Source of the DNA: Patescibacteria group bacterium
GTDB taxonomy: Bacteria; Patescibacteriota; Patescibacteriia; Patescibacteriales; UBA12465
Assembly: GCA_041649315.1 (NCBI GenBank)
Contig: JBAZNJ010000001.1
Coordinates: 284,549-348,548, forward strand
DNA: 64,000 nt
Direction: 5' to 3'
How positions within the stretch are numbered: position 1 is the first letter of the stretch; the number at the start of each line of letters is the position of its first letter. The position numbers were made by a program, and so were the translations under genes. The notes below the pieces were generated by a model that had not been told where the DNA came from, ran no database searches, and was given only the letters and a program-made list of their open reading frames with translations. Below, piece after piece: positions 1 to 10,968 of the stretch.

Positions 1-2019
1 GATAAAACCGCTTTTATCGCCGCGCGAAACGGCGCTAAAGTTATAAAAGAAAAAAATCAAGGCTACGGAATCGCTATCCGACGCGGCTTCTGTGAAGTTC
101 AGGGAGAAATTATAGCTGTTTTAGACGGAGATGGCCAATATCCGGTCGAAAAAATCACTGAAATAGTCGAATATTTAGAAAAAAAAAATTTAGATTTTAT
201 TTCCGCTTCTCGATTCCCTCTAAAAAATAAAAAATCTTTATCAATCACTAGAAAAATAGGGAATAATCTTTTAACCGCCGCCGCTGTTTTTATTTTTGGC
301 TTCAAGCTTAAAGACTCTCAGTCCGGCATGTGGATTTTTAGAAAAAAAATATTAGATAAAATAAAACTAGAAAGCGAGGGGATGCCTTTATCAGAAGAAA
401 TAAAATTAAAAGTTTTAAACAATCATAAATTAAAATTCTCGGAATATCCAATTGGCTATCGGCCACGGCATGGTAAATCTAAACTACTTCCTTTTAAAGA
501 TGGCGCGGCGAACTTTCTTTATCTTTTCAAATTAAAATTTAAACTCTTAAAAAGTAACCGCCAACCTTTATGGTTTTTACTGGGAGTTATTTTTTTAAGT
601 CTAGTTATCGCGTCTTTAGCCGCTATTAATATAAAAAAACCTTTTTATCATGTTACTAGCGATGTTAATGGACAAAACGGACTTGCCGCTATAAATATCG
701 TCAATAATAGCGCCATAAAAATGCGATTTGGTTTAGCTACTTACGCCTTTATTGACAACCCTCAAACTGGAGACTTTTATACTCATCACCCAGCCGGTTT
801 TATTTGGCCAACTGTATGGTCTTATAAACTTTTTGGGGTAAGTGAAGCCACAACGCGTCTTGGTCCCTTATTATTCATGCTTACGGGTTTTTGGTTTTTT
901 GCTTATAGCTTGCGAAAAATATTCACCCCCAACATATCTCATCCCTTAATGATTCTGGCAGTATTTTCTATTTTACCGGGCGTTATTTTTTACGGCGAAA
1001 CCTTAGAATTAGCAATTTTCTCTCTACCAGCGGCCATGATAAGTTACTCTTTGTTTGTCGCCTGGCTCTACCGGAAAAATAAATTATACCAAATATTTTT
1101 CTTTATTTCCGTATTTTTAGGAGGTTTAATCGGCTGGTTTTTTTATTTAATTATCCCAGGAATTATAGTCTCCATCCTAATGGCTAAAGATATCAAAAAA
1201 CCTTGGTCTATTATAATTACTACATCTGCCGTCACAATACTCAGTGCCCTGGCAAACATGTTACATTTTTATTGGTTAAACGGTAATATCTTTAACAATC
1301 TAATTGGCGCTTTTAAAGAGCGCTCTAATCGCCCGGATTTTTTTATGCTTTGGATTGAAAGAATTTTTGATATGGCTCGCTTGCATTTTACTGATTTATT
1401 TTTATTTTTAGCCTTACTGGGATTAATTTTTATTATTTGCCGACCTCGATATTTTAAAGAATTAAAAATTTTTTTTCCTTGGCTATTATTCCCCTTGTTA
1501 GTATTTTTGATTTTCTCTCAATGGTCAACTCATCCTTTTGGCGTCATCTTTTTATCTCCGCTTATTGCTATTTTAGCGGGCTGGCTCATAGCTTCTGCCA
1601 CGATTCAAATAACTAAAAAAACCAACCAAGTGTTAAACGGTGTAATAATAATTTTAATAATTTTTAGTTGTGGTTTTAGCGCCAGTCTAAAAAATATAAA
1701 CTATTTCTTTAATGATTTTATAATTCTCGCTCCGACCGATCTAGACTTCTTAAAGTCCTTAAAGCCAAACGTTGACAATAAGGAAATATGCCTAGGACAA
1801 AATAATATGGGTATCGGCTACTACGGGATAATCCAATGGGTTTTAGAAAAAAATTTACTATTTTCGCCTGATTGCTTCAACCATAATTTTAACTCGGCCA
1901 TAATTTTTAATCCTCGCTTAGGTAATTTTTATGAAATAGAGGCGGCCAAATTTATTAAAAATGGCTTTGTCTTTAAATCTTGTTCTGGATATTTATGTCT
2001 TTTGGAAAAACAAATTTAA
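1..2019 (+). CDS. GT2 (polyprenol-phosphate glycosyltransferase-like) fused to GT-C/ArnT-like membrane glycosyltransferase, 5'-partial
   Basis: Frame is open from base 1 (DKTAFIAARNG...NQGYG..IRRG..IIAVLDGDGQY..DSQSGMW) and in frame with the 328 ORF; C-terminal part is multi-TM with FYTHHP and LFGVSEATTRL motifs. Confidence 0.8.
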   Translation, partial: DKTAFIAARNGAKVIKEKNQGYGIAIRRGFCEVQGEIIAVLDGDGQYPVEKITEIVEYLEKKNLDFISASRFPLKNKKSLSITRKIGNNLLTAAAVFIFGFKLKDSQSGMWIFRKKILDKIKLESEGMPLSEEIKLKVLNNHKLKFSEYPIGYRPRHGKSKLLPFKDGAANFLYLFKLKFKLLKSNRQPLWFLLGVIFLSLVIASLAAINIKKPFYHVTSDVNGQNGLAAINIVNNSAIKMRFGLATYAFIDNPQTGDFYTHHPAGFIWPTVWSYKLFGVSEATTRLGPLLFMLTGFWFFAYSLRKIFTPNISHPLMILAVFSILPGVIFYGETLELAIFSLPAAMISYSLFVAWLYRKNKLYQIFFFISVFLGGLIGWFFYLIIPGIIVSILMAKDIKKPWSIIITTSAVTILSALANMLHFYWLNGNIFNNLIGAFKERSNRPDFFMLWIERIFDMARLHFTDLFLFLALLGLIFIICRPRYFKELKIFFPWLLFPLLVFLIFSQWSTHPFGVIFLSPLIAILAGWLIASATIQITKKTNQVLNGVIIILIIFSCGFSASLKNINYFFNDFIILAPTDLDFLKSLKPNVDNKEICLGQNNMGIGYYGIIQWVLEKNLLFSPDCFNHNFNSAIIFNPRLGNFYEIEAAKFIKNGFVFKSCSGYLCLLEKQI

Positions 2020-2048
2020 TTCAATAAAAAATTACTTAATACTAATTT

Positions 2049-2831
2049 ATGAATAATCACAAATTTAAACGCATCTTAATAGCAACCATTAAATCGGCCG
2101 GGGCTTCCTTACTGAAAGATTACAAAACCATGAAACGTACTGAGGCACAGCTTAAGGGCGGACGCGATTTAGTCACGCCGGCGGATTTAAAAAGCGAAAA
2201 AATTATTATTAGCGCCATCAAAAAAAATTTTCCGAATCATCAAATTTTATCGGAAGAAGCCGGTTTAAGCGCCAAGCACGAAGATTATTTATGGATTATT
2301 GATCCGCTTGACGGCACGACTAATTTTTATATTCATAATCCTTTGTGGTCGGTTTCGGTTGCCTTAGCTTATAAAGGCGAATTGATTTTAGGCGCGATCT
2401 ACGCCCCGCTTTTAGATGAATTATACTTCGCGGCTAAAGGCCAGGGCGCTTATCTAAACAACAAAAAAATAAAAGTCCGGGATGATAAGTTAAAAAATAT
2501 CAATGCTTTCTGCCATGGCCGAGAAGATAAAAATATTAAACGCGCTCTAAAATATTTCTCTTACCAAAAACAAAACGCTCTTGACTGCCGACAACTTGGC
2601 AGTGCCGCGATTGAATTAGCTTATGTCGCTACCGGCCGACTGGCTTCCTTTCTTGTTCCCGGCGCCTGGGCCTGGGACGTCGCAGCCGGCGTTTTACTGG
2701 TTCGCGAAGCCGGCGGGCGCGTTACGGATTTTAAAGGCCGCGACTGGAAAATAAAAGAACGCGATTTATTGGCGGCTAACAAAAAGGTACATGGAGAAAT
2801 TTTGAGGACGATTAGAAAATTAAAGATTTGA
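2049..2831 (+). CDS. suhB: Inositol monophosphatase family protein
   Basis: SEE, WIIDPLDGTTNF, GSAA and WDVAAG motifs. Confidence 0.9.
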   Translation: MNNHKFKRILIATIKSAGASLLKDYKTMKRTEAQLKGGRDLVTPADLKSEKIIISAIKKNFPNHQILSEEAGLSAKHEDYLWIIDPLDGTTNFYIHNPLWSVSVALAYKGELILGAIYAPLLDELYFAAKGQGAYLNNKKIKVRDDKLKNINAFCHGREDKNIKRALKYFSYQKQNALDCRQLGSAAIELAYVATGRLASFLVPGAWAWDVAAGVLLVREAGGRVTDFKGRDWKIKERDLLAANKKVHGEILRTIRKLKI

Positions 2832-2878
2832 TAATAAGGACTACTCCGGCTGGCTTGGCGAATTAATAATTAAACCAC

Positions 2879-2908
2879 AAAAAAACGAGGATAAAATCTC
2901 GTTTTTTT
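2879..2908. terminator. Bidirectional intrinsic terminator
   Basis: AAAAAAACGAG-N8-CTCGTTTTTTT between convergent suhB and uvrA. Confidence 0.7.
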
Positions 2909-3007
2909 AATCTAATACTAAAAATATAATTTAAAATTAACCGATAATCTATCCTAAAATCCAGCCCAACAATATGCCACTATAATCAAACCGCTGGATC
3001 AACTAAT

Positions 3008-5500
3008 CTATTTAAGCGCCTCCTTTAAATACTTCCCAGTATAACTTTTCGCGACCTTCGCCACTTCTGGCGGCGTGCCGGCCGCCACGATTTGGCCGCC
3101 TTCGTCGCCGCCGCCCGGGCCTAAATCAATAACCCAATCCACCGATTTAATCACATCTAAATTATGCTCGATAATCAAAACCGTATTCCCCTGATCGACT
3201 AACATATTTAAAACTTTCAACAAGCGGTCAATATCCGCAAAATGCAAGCCGGTGGTCGGTTCATCTAAAATATATAGTGTCCGACCGGTGGCCCGACGCG
3301 ATAATTCGGTCGCGAGCTTAATGCGCTGGGCCTCGCCGCCGGAAAAAGTCGTCGCGCTTTGGCCGAGTTTAATATAGCCGAGACCGACTTCTTCTAAGGT
3401 TTTCAATTTCTGACTCAGGGCGGAATGATTCTTAAAAAATTCCGCGGCCTCAGCAACGGTCATTTCTAAAACTTCAAAAATATTCTTGCCTTGATATAAG
3501 ACCTCTAGGACTTTCGATTTAAAACGCCGACCGCCGCAAACCTCGCAAGTCAAATAAACATCGGATAAAAATTGCATCTCAACTTTGATAACCCCGTCGC
3601 CGGCGCAATTCTCACAGCGTCCGCCCGGCACATTAAAAGAAAAATGTCCGGCGCTCAAACCTTTAACCCGCGCTTCCGGAAGTTCCGCAAAAATATCCCG
3701 GATATAAGTGAATAAACCGGTATAAGTCGCCGGATTAGAGCGCGGCGTCCGGCCGATCGGCGACTGATCAATATCAATAACCTTGTCGATTAGCTCTAAG
3801 CCGGTGAGCGCCTGATGCGCGCCCGGCTCGGTTTTCGCTCGATAAAATTTCTTGCTCAAAGCGTTCGCCAAAATATCGCTCATCAAAGTTGATTTACCCG
3901 AACCGGAAACGCCGGTAATCGCCACTAATTTGCCGAGCGGAATCTCGACGTCAATATTTTTCAAATTATGTTCGGTCGCGCCGATAATCTTGATTGCTCC
4001 GCCGTTTCCTTTCCGAAATTGCGCCGGCATCTTAATCGCCTTCTTTCCGGATAAATAAGCGCCGGTCAATGATTCGCCGCATTTTTTAATTTCCGCCGGC
4101 GTACCGGTAAATAAAACCCGACCGCCATTATCCCCGGCGCCCGGTCCGATATCAACAAGCCAATCAGCCGCCAAAATCGTCGCGGCATCATGCTCAACCA
4201 CAATTACGGTATTTCCGTTATCGCGCAGACCTTTTAAAGTCGCGATTAATTTATCATTATCCCGCTGATGCAGTCCAATAGACGGTTCGTCTAAAACATA
4301 TAAAACGCCGCTCAAAGTCGAGCCGACTTGCGAAGCGAGGCGGATCCGCTGGGCTTCGCCGCCGGACAAAGTCATGGCCGGCCGGCTTAAAGTCAAATAA
4401 TCTAAACCGACATTAGCTAAAAAATCTAAATTTTTTATAATTTCTTTAATAATCGGTTCGCTGATTTCACGCTGGCCGTTTAAAGATGTCGTGCTCTTGA
4501 GCCAACTTTTCAATAAAGCTAAAAGATCTTTAATGCTTTTATTGGTCAATTCAATGATTGATAGGTTATTTATTTTTATTTCTAAAGATTCCGGTTTCAA
4601 ACGCGCGCCCTGACAATTCGGGCATAAAGAAACGCGCATAGTTTTTTCGATTTCGCCTTTAACAAAACCGGATTTTGTCTCATTATACTTATCCTCTAAA
4701 ACTTTCAATAGGCCGCTAAAAATCCCGTCGCCGGATAAAATTAATTTTTTCTGTTCCGGAGCAAGGTCTTTAATCGCCGGCCGCAAGCTAAAATCATGGC
4801 GGGCGGCCAATTCGTTCAACTCGGAAAACAAACCGTTGCCGCTTAAATTAACATGCGACAAGGGCTTAATCGCTCCCTCTAAAATACTGAGGTTATGATT
4901 AAATATCAATTCCGGATCAATTTCCGCCTTCGTGCCTAGACCGCCGCAAGCCAAACATGCGCCGCTTGCGGAATTAAAAGAAAAATCGCGCGGTTCCGGT
5001 TCGGCGCGGCGATAGTCGCAATTCGGACAAGAAAAAAACCGTTCCAATTTCGTGGATTTTATTTGGCGGCCGCGCACATTTTTAATCGTCTTTTTCTCCT
5101 GGCTATCCTTTTTTAATTTTACCTTGCAATGCGGACAGTATGGTTGACCGGCGCGGGCGTAAAGCAAGCGCAGATAATCATAAATTTCCGTAATCGTCCC
5201 GACGGTCGAGCGCGGATTATGACCGGTCGTCCGCTGATCGATAGAAATCGCCGGCGACAAACCTTCGATCAAATCGACTTCCGGCTTATTCATTAGGCCC
5301 ACAAATTGGCGGGCATAAGAAGATAAAGATTCAACATAACGACGCTGGCCTTCAGCATAGACCGTATCAAAGGCCAAAGAAGATTTTCCCGAACCGGACA
5401 AACCGGTAATTACCACTAATTTATCCCGCGGAATATCTAAATTGATATTTTTCAAATTATTAGTCCGCGCTCCCTTGATCCTAATGAAATTACCGGCCAT
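3008..5500 (-). CDS. uvrA: Excinuclease ABC subunit A (short, class II-like)
   Basis: Two Walker A motifs ([16 protein letters not shown]), two SGGEAQRI signatures, Zn fingers, [17 protein letters not shown]. Confidence 0.93.
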   Translation of the reverse strand: MAGNFIRIKGARTNNLKNINLDIPRDKLVVITGLSGSGKSSLAFDTVYAEGQRRYVESLSSYARQFVGLMNKPEVDLIEGLSPAISIDQRTTGHNPRSTVGTITEIYDYLRLLYARAGQPYCPHCKVKLKKDSQEKKTIKNVRGRQIKSTKLERFFSCPNCDYRRAEPEPRDFSFNSASGACLACGGLGTKAEIDPELIFNHNLSILEGAIKPLSHVNLSGNGLFSELNELAARHDFSLRPAIKDLAPEQKKLILSGDGIFSGLLKVLEDKYNETKSGFVKGEIEKTMRVSLCPNCQGARLKPESLEIKINNLSIIELTNKSIKDLLALLKSWLKSTTSLNGQREISEPIIKEIIKNLDFLANVGLDYLTLSRPAMTLSGGEAQRIRLASQVGSTLSGVLYVLDEPSIGLHQRDNDKLIATLKGLRDNGNTVIVVEHDAATILAADWLVDIGPGAGDNGGRVLFTGTPAEIKKCGESLTGAYLSGKKAIKMPAQFRKGNGGAIKIIGATEHNLKNIDVEIPLGKLVAITGVSGSGKSTLMSDILANALSKKFYRAKTEPGAHQALTGLELIDKVIDIDQSPIGRTPRSNPATYTGLFTYIRDIFAELPEARVKGLSAGHFSFNVPGGRCENCAGDGVIKVEMQFLSDVYLTCEVCGGRRFKSKVLEVLYQGKNIFEVLEMTVAEAAEFFKNHSALSQKLKTLEEVGLGYIKLGQSATTFSGGEAQRIKLATELSRRATGRTLYILDEPTTGLHFADIDRLLKVLNMLVDQGNTVLIIEHNLDVIKSVDWVIDLGPGGGDEGGQIVAAGTPPEVAKVAKSYTGKYLKEALK

Positions 5501-5623
5501 AGAAGTTAAAAATAAAAAATAAATGTTGCCGATATTATAGCGGAAAAAATGAAAGAAGGCAAGACAAGTAAATAAAAACGCCCGAGCTTAATTAACTCGA
5601 GCATTATTTGGTTTTTATTTTAA

Positions 5624-6022
5624 TTAACATATCTTTATATCCCGAACAGCTAATTTCCCATGTTCCGAATATAAATAAAAACTGAATTCTTCTCCGGGGA
5701 AATCATCTCTTCCGTGAACATAAACGCTTTCTCCTGATTTTAAAACCTTAAATAAACTGTCTAAGGCCAAACCCGGTGTTTTCCCGGAAAAATAATCATC
5801 CCGACTCTTATAATGGATTGAACCGCCATAGCAATTCAAAAAACAAGAGCCGTCTTCATTATAAACAACCGAAAAACGGCAAGGATTCTTAAGGAGCCCC
5901 AAAGGCGTTTCCTTTAAAAATTCGTAAATTTCCTTTAATTCTCCGCCGACGTTTTCAATAAAATTCGGCAAAGAATAAAGAGAACAATACGCTTCTAAAA
6001 ATTCTAATTCTGTTTTAATCAT
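5624..6022 (-). CDS. Hypothetical protein
   Basis: 132-aa ORF with ATG start; no motif recognised. Confidence 0.6.
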   Translation of the reverse strand: MIKTELEFLEAYCSLYSLPNFIENVGGELKEIYEFLKETPLGLLKNPCRFSVVYNEDGSCFLNCYGGSIHYKSRDDYFSGKTPGLALDSLFKVLKSGESVYVHGRDDFPGEEFSFYLYSEHGKLAVRDIKIC

Positions 6023-6129
6023 AATCTTATATTTTTAATGAACAATTGCTTTTACCTTTCTTATCTTAAACTTTCCTAATTTTTTGTCAATCGTTGCTAG
6101 GAAATAAACAAATTAATGTCGCCCGCGCC

Positions 6130-7167
6130 TTAAAATATCGGATACAAGAATTTAAAAACCATAATCAAAACCCGGTCAATCCAGCGTCGCTGTTTAGATT
6201 CGGCAACAAAAAATTCCGATTCACTTTTCCATTTTTCAATTAAACGAGCTAGCTCCGCCACTAAATTTCTCTGGCGAAAAAACATTCCAGCTTCAATATT
6301 AAAATTAAAAGAAAGAACGTCCAGATTCTGCGAACCAACCACGCCCTCTTCATTATCAATCAACATTATCTTGGCATGGTTCATAAACGGCGAACGATAA
6401 ACCTTTGCTCCATATTCGGACAAGCGGCAAGCATTAAGATAATTTATCTTGTTAAGCGGTTTAACATCGGTATCTCGCGGAATCAATATTTCAACCCGCA
6501 CGCCGCGGCGGCAAGCATTTTCTAATAAAGCGATAAAACGGCGCGGCGGCAGAAGATAAGGCGTAACAATTATGATTGATTGTTGGGCGGCGGCAATCAC
6601 GCGGCGATAATAAGTATTTAAATAATAAAACTTACCCGTACGGGGAAAATTATCCGTCACCCATGACTTTATTTTCTGAACTAATGGCAAACGGCTATAT
6701 GTTAAAATGTTTTCCTTCCGGCCGCCGGCCATTTCATAAGCATAAGCGAAAGATTTTAAAATTCGCTTGACGATTTTTCCGCTCACTCTAATCTGAAGAT
6801 CGTGCCAATTACGGATCTTCTCTTCAATATTAACCCCGCCGATAAAAGCAATTTTTTTATCAATGATCAAGATTTTTCGATGCGTCCGGCGGAACAGATG
6901 AGAAAAATAATGAAATTCCACACCAACCGTTCGAAGCCGGGTAATAGCCGCGGACGACAAAGCCGAACTCCCCCAAGCGTCGGCAATAATCACAATCTCT
7001 AAACCGGCCCGCGCTTTCTGCTCCAATAACCCTAAAAAATCATGCGTTGTCCGAGTGTTGTCTAAAAAAATATACATCTCCATATACACCGAATTCTGCG
7101 CCGCCGAAATCGCTTTAAACATCCCGTCCCAGGCTTTTTGTGAAGTTGTATAAAATTTATAAATCAT
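6130..7167 (-). CDS. Cardiolipin synthase-like phospholipase D
   Basis: Two HKD motifs (HRKILIID, HAKIMLID); start moved to MIYKFY at 7167. Confidence 0.88.
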   Translation of the reverse strand: MIYKFYTTSQKAWDGMFKAISAAQNSVYMEMYIFLDNTRTTHDFLGLLEQKARAGLEIVIIADAWGSSALSSAAITRLRTVGVEFHYFSHLFRRTHRKILIIDKKIAFIGGVNIEEKIRNWHDLQIRVSGKIVKRILKSFAYAYEMAGGRKENILTYSRLPLVQKIKSWVTDNFPRTGKFYYLNTYYRRVIAAAQQSIIIVTPYLLPPRRFIALLENACRRGVRVEILIPRDTDVKPLNKINYLNACRLSEYGAKVYRSPFMNHAKIMLIDNEEGVVGSQNLDVLSFNFNIEAGMFFRQRNLVAELARLIEKWKSESEFFVAESKQRRWIDRVLIMVFKFLYPIF

Positions 7168-7252
7168 TTTTTCGTTTAACTTTATAATGATTAATTCGGC
7201 ATTCCAACCGACTATCATCTTCCGGCGGCAATTCTATCATCTGCCTACCTAT

Positions 7253-8068
7253 TTATGCCGCTAATAATCTTTTTAACTCAGGCATTTCCTTAAGCATGGC
7301 CCGTTCGCCAACTTCAATTAACCGCTCAGCCGTTGCCGCATTTAGATATTTTTTAAAATCCCGCGTCTTAATAAATTCTGAACAATCCGGTTCAACAACA
7401 ATATCCGCGCTCTTAACGGCGTTCTTAGCTAAATTATGCATCACGATCCGCGTACCGCGCAAAGCGGCGCGGGACATCGTGAACTTCTTGGCGATAAATT
7501 CATTCTTATTATACAGATTAACACCAATAACAATATCCACTCCGGCCTGCCGGACTAAATCGCCCGGTACCGGATCGCTCAAGCCGCCGTCAACTAATAA
7601 TTTATCCTGGTACTTGACTGGCTTAAAAACCAAAGGGACAGATAAGCTCGCTAAAACTGCCGTAGCAATATCGCCGCGCTTAAAAACAAAGGGCTGGCCG
7701 CTGATCAAATCGGTCGCGGTTATCTGAAGCGGTATTTTTAGAGAAGAAAAACTTTTTCGGCCCAATTTGCTTTTTAAATACTCGGATAATTTTCGACCGG
7801 CGATAAAACCGCCGGTTAAACTTACTTCCAAAAGCGGCTTTAAATTCCCGGCCGGCCGCGCCGCAAAATCTTTTTCTAATTTTTCCACGTCGCAAAAAAT
7901 CGCATAATGCGCCGCCGCCCAAGCGCCGATGCTTGATCCGCTTAAATAATCAATCGGAATATTATGTTTTTTCAAGGCCTTAAGGACGCCAATATGAGCA
8001 AAGCCCCGAAAGACACCGGAACCGAGCGCTAAACCAACTTTTTTTTGGGATTTTATTGAGGTTTTCAT
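7253..8068 (-). CDS. Patatin-like phospholipase
   Basis: GSGVFRG, GSSIG nucleophile elbow, DGG motif. Confidence 0.9.
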   Translation of the reverse strand: MKTSIKSQKKVGLALGSGVFRGFAHIGVLKALKKHNIPIDYLSGSSIGAWAAAHYAIFCDVEKLEKDFAARPAGNLKPLLEVSLTGGFIAGRKLSEYLKSKLGRKSFSSLKIPLQITATDLISGQPFVFKRGDIATAVLASLSVPLVFKPVKYQDKLLVDGGLSDPVPGDLVRQAGVDIVIGVNLYNKNEFIAKKFTMSRAALRGTRIVMHNLAKNAVKSADIVVEPDCSEFIKTRDFKKYLNAATAERLIEVGERAMLKEMPELKRLLAA

Positions 8069-8071
8069 AAT

Positions 8072-8100
8072 TTGACCAAGTTAATTTTGTCACTTATAAT
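8072..8100 (+). promoter_or_regulatory. Sigma70-type promoter
   Basis: TTGACC-N17-TATAAT. Confidence 0.7.
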
Positions 8101-8106
8101 AAAATT

Positions 8107-8363
8107 ATAACATTAAAATATAAAAATAACGATTATTAATGTTCTTTGAAGTATTAGGGCACAGCCTATGGGATGGCGGCGCGAAGCGACCTTGGCTAAT
8201 TATTAATAAATAAAGCCGATTTCCAAAGAAATCTGAAGAGACTGCTTTAGTCTGCTAACACATTTAATTAGTTCTTGACGTACGACAAGAACGAGTGATA
8301 GCACCCAGCTCATTTTCCGGGACCCGCGACCCCCTTCTACAATAAAAAAAAGAAGGGGGTTTT
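8107..8363 (+). ncRNA. Candidate structured ncRNA or 5' leader, family unknown
   Basis: Series of short hairpins lying between the promoter and a terminator; no ORF in the track. Confidence 0.4.
8329..8363 (+). terminator. Intrinsic terminator just upstream of the permease
   Basis: ACCCCCTTCT-N12-AGAAGGGGGT followed by TTT. Confidence 0.7.
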
Positions 8364-8376
8364 ATTTCATTCATTT

Positions 8377-9345
8377 ATGTTTTATCTATTACAACTATTC
8401 GTCGAATGGCTAACCTATGGCCTTGGCGGCCTAAACCCAGCATCGCATCTTGGAACAGCGACATATTTCTTTATCTACGACTCTTTAAAAATTTTAATCC
8501 TGCTTCTGGTAATTAATTATTTCATGGCCATCTTGCGCCATTATTTGCCGATTGAAAAACTGCGCGATTTTTTAGCCTCACGCAAATGGTATGGTTTAGA
8601 TTATTTTTTAGCCGCAATTTTCGGTGCAATAACGCCGTTCTGTTCCTGTTCGTCAATTCCTCTCTTTATCGGTTTTTTGGAAGCCGGAATTCCTCTGGGC
8701 GTAACTTTGTCGTTCTTAATCGTTTCCCCCTTAGTTAATCAAGTGGCGGTAGTGCTTTTCGCCGGATTATTCGGCTGGAAAATTACAATTTTATATGTGG
8801 CAGCGGCGGTCTTGCTGGGAATGGTCGGCGGTTTTATTTTAAACAAATTAAAACTGGAAAAATATGTGGCTGATTATGTTTGGAAAATAAAAAGCCAAAA
8901 GCTTGAAGTAAAAAATGAAAAAATTCTATTCAGAAAGTTGCTTAAAAATTTTTGGGACGAAGGATTTGCTCTGACCAAAAAAATTACGCCCTATGTTCTA
9001 ATTGGCATTGCCGTCGGCGCCGCGATTCATGGTTTTGTGCCGGCCGGATTTTTTGAAAAATATATAACCGCTGAGAATCTGTTCGCCGTTCCGGCGGCCA
9101 CTATTATGGCCGTACCACTATACGCTAATTCTGTCGGCGTTATTCCAATCATGCAATCCTTAGTAGAAAAAGGAATTCCCTTGGGCACGGCTCTGGCCTT
9201 TATGATGGCGGTGGTCGGCTTGTCTTTACCGGAAGCCTTGATTTTAAAACGAGTAATGAAGGTAAAATTACTCGTTTACTTCTTCGGCATAACCACTATC
9301 AATATAATCATCATTGGATATCTATTTAACGCCTTCGTGAAATAA
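8377..9345 (+). CDS. DUF318/ArsP-family permease
   Basis: Multi-TM protein with TPFCSCSSIP and LSLPE motifs. Confidence 0.85.
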   Translation: MFYLLQLFVEWLTYGLGGLNPASHLGTATYFFIYDSLKILILLLVINYFMAILRHYLPIEKLRDFLASRKWYGLDYFLAAIFGAITPFCSCSSIPLFIGFLEAGIPLGVTLSFLIVSPLVNQVAVVLFAGLFGWKITILYVAAAVLLGMVGGFILNKLKLEKYVADYVWKIKSQKLEVKNEKILFRKLLKNFWDEGFALTKKITPYVLIGIAVGAAIHGFVPAGFFEKYITAENLFAVPAATIMAVPLYANSVGVIPIMQSLVEKGIPLGTALAFMMAVVGLSLPEALILKRVMKVKLLVYFFGITTINIIIIGYLFNAFVK

Positions 9346-9371
9346 TAAGACCTTAGTGATATAATATAATC

Positions 9372-10481
9372 ATGAGGCAAAAAATAAAAAATTTAATAGA
9401 AATCATCTTAATTTCCCTGATTTCATTATCAATTATCTTCGGAGTTTTTAAAATTGCCCGAGCGCCGCTCGGAGAATTTATAGAAAGCCTGGCTCAAAGA
9501 GAAAATACTATCCGTGATAACGACGCCCGTTTGCCGACCGTGCCGACCGTGCCAGAAAAAGCGCCGGTCGTTTTTATTTTCGGCGGCGACGTGATGCTTT
9601 CGCGCCAGGTCAATAGCCGGATGGTAAAATATGATAACTATTCCTGGCCCTTGGCTAAAATCGCAAATTTTTTAAAAACCGCGGATTTAACAATTATCAA
9701 TCTTGAATCACCTTTTTTACTGACCGACGATTATTATGTCCCGACCGGTTCCTTTTCTTTTAAGGCCGACCCGCAGGCAATTAGCGGCCTAATCGCTGCC
9801 GGAATTGATATTGTTTCTTTGGCTAATAACCATGCTTTAAACCAGGGCGTCCGGGGGCTAAGCGATACTTTCCGGATATTAAGCGATAATGGAATAAAAT
9901 ATATCGGGGCCGGAAATAACGAGGCCGAAGCGCGGCAAGGCGAAATCATTGCTATTAACGACGATAAATTTGGCTTCCTGGCCTACGCTTATTTAAACGA
10001 CGCCTCTCTGGCCGGAGAAAATTCTTCGGGCATCGTTAATATGGATATAGAAAAAATGCAGGCTGACGTCGCAAGATTAAAAAAGCTTGGCGCGGAAGTA
10101 ATCTTAAACATGCACGCCGGCATTGAATACGTAACTGAGCCGAATCAACAACAAATTGATTTCGCTCACGCGGCCATAGACGCCGGCGCGGCCGCAGTTA
10201 TCGGCCATCATCCGCATTGGCCGCAAACTTTTGAAATTTATCAAGGCCGACCAATTATTTATTCCCTCGGTAATCTTGTTTTTGATCAGATGTGGTCGGA
10301 AGAAACCCGGCAAGGATTGCTCGCAAAAATGACTTGGCGCGACGACTGGGAAGAAATCGAATTGATTCCAATAAAAATTTATGACTACGGCCAGGCGGAA
10401 ATAATCACGGATAAAGCGGAGCGAAAAATAATCTTAGAGAAAATCGGCGCGCCGGAAAACGGGATGATTTTAATGGAATGA
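9372..10481 (+). CDS. CapA-family metallophosphoesterase
   Basis: GDVML, NLESP, SLANNH, MHAGIEY, GHHPH and YSLGN motifs; N-terminal TM. Confidence 0.9.
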   Translation: MRQKIKNLIEIILISLISLSIIFGVFKIARAPLGEFIESLAQRENTIRDNDARLPTVPTVPEKAPVVFIFGGDVMLSRQVNSRMVKYDNYSWPLAKIANFLKTADLTIINLESPFLLTDDYYVPTGSFSFKADPQAISGLIAAGIDIVSLANNHALNQGVRGLSDTFRILSDNGIKYIGAGNNEAEARQGEIIAINDDKFGFLAYAYLNDASLAGENSSGIVNMDIEKMQADVARLKKLGAEVILNMHAGIEYVTEPNQQQIDFAHAAIDAGAAAVIGHHPHWPQTFEIYQGRPIIYSLGNLVFDQMWSEETRQGLLAKMTWRDDWEEIELIPIKIYDYGQAEIITDKAERKIILEKIGAPENGMILME

Positions 10482-10530
10482 TTTTAAAAAGCAAACCATT
10501 AAAAAATTATAATTAATAATACTAATTAAT

Positions 10531-10950
10531 ATGGAGGATACAAAAAATAAGAAGAGCTTAACGGTTTTGAGCAGTAAATTTTATAGACGCTGGATGTTCG
10601 TGTTAGGCGTTATAGCAACCATTGCTTATCGTATCATCGTTGTCTTAAACGGCTATAATCAAATTTATGTCCAAATTGCTTGGTATATAGGCACTATCGG
10701 ATTCGTCTGGTATTTTGCTCATAGATTTAAGATTGAAAACCGTCGCGATAAACTAATCACTGACCTAGGCTTAGAAAAGAAGATAAAAAATAACCAAGTC
10801 CTAACCGATAAAGAGAGAGAATCTTTGGTATATATTTTAAAAGGTCTTCAAACTAGCTTGTCAAAATGGAATTATATCGCTATTTTCTTTTTTTCAGCCA
10901 TCGCTTTAATCTACGGTTTCTTCCAGGATATTTTGCATTTGATGAATTAA
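10531..10950 (+). CDS. Hypothetical membrane protein
   Basis: Three hydrophobic segments. Confidence 0.7.
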   Translation: MEDTKNKKSLTVLSSKFYRRWMFVLGVIATIAYRIIVVLNGYNQIYVQIAWYIGTIGFVWYFAHRFKIENRRDKLITDLGLEKKIKNNQVLTDKERESLVYILKGLQTSLSKWNYIAIFFFSAIALIYGFFQDILHLMN

Positions 10951-10968
10951 AGGTTCTTAAGTAAATTG

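Noticed and set aside
8233-8260. Hammerhead ribozyme (CTGAAGA followed by a stem)
   Set aside because: The required GAAA after stem II is absent
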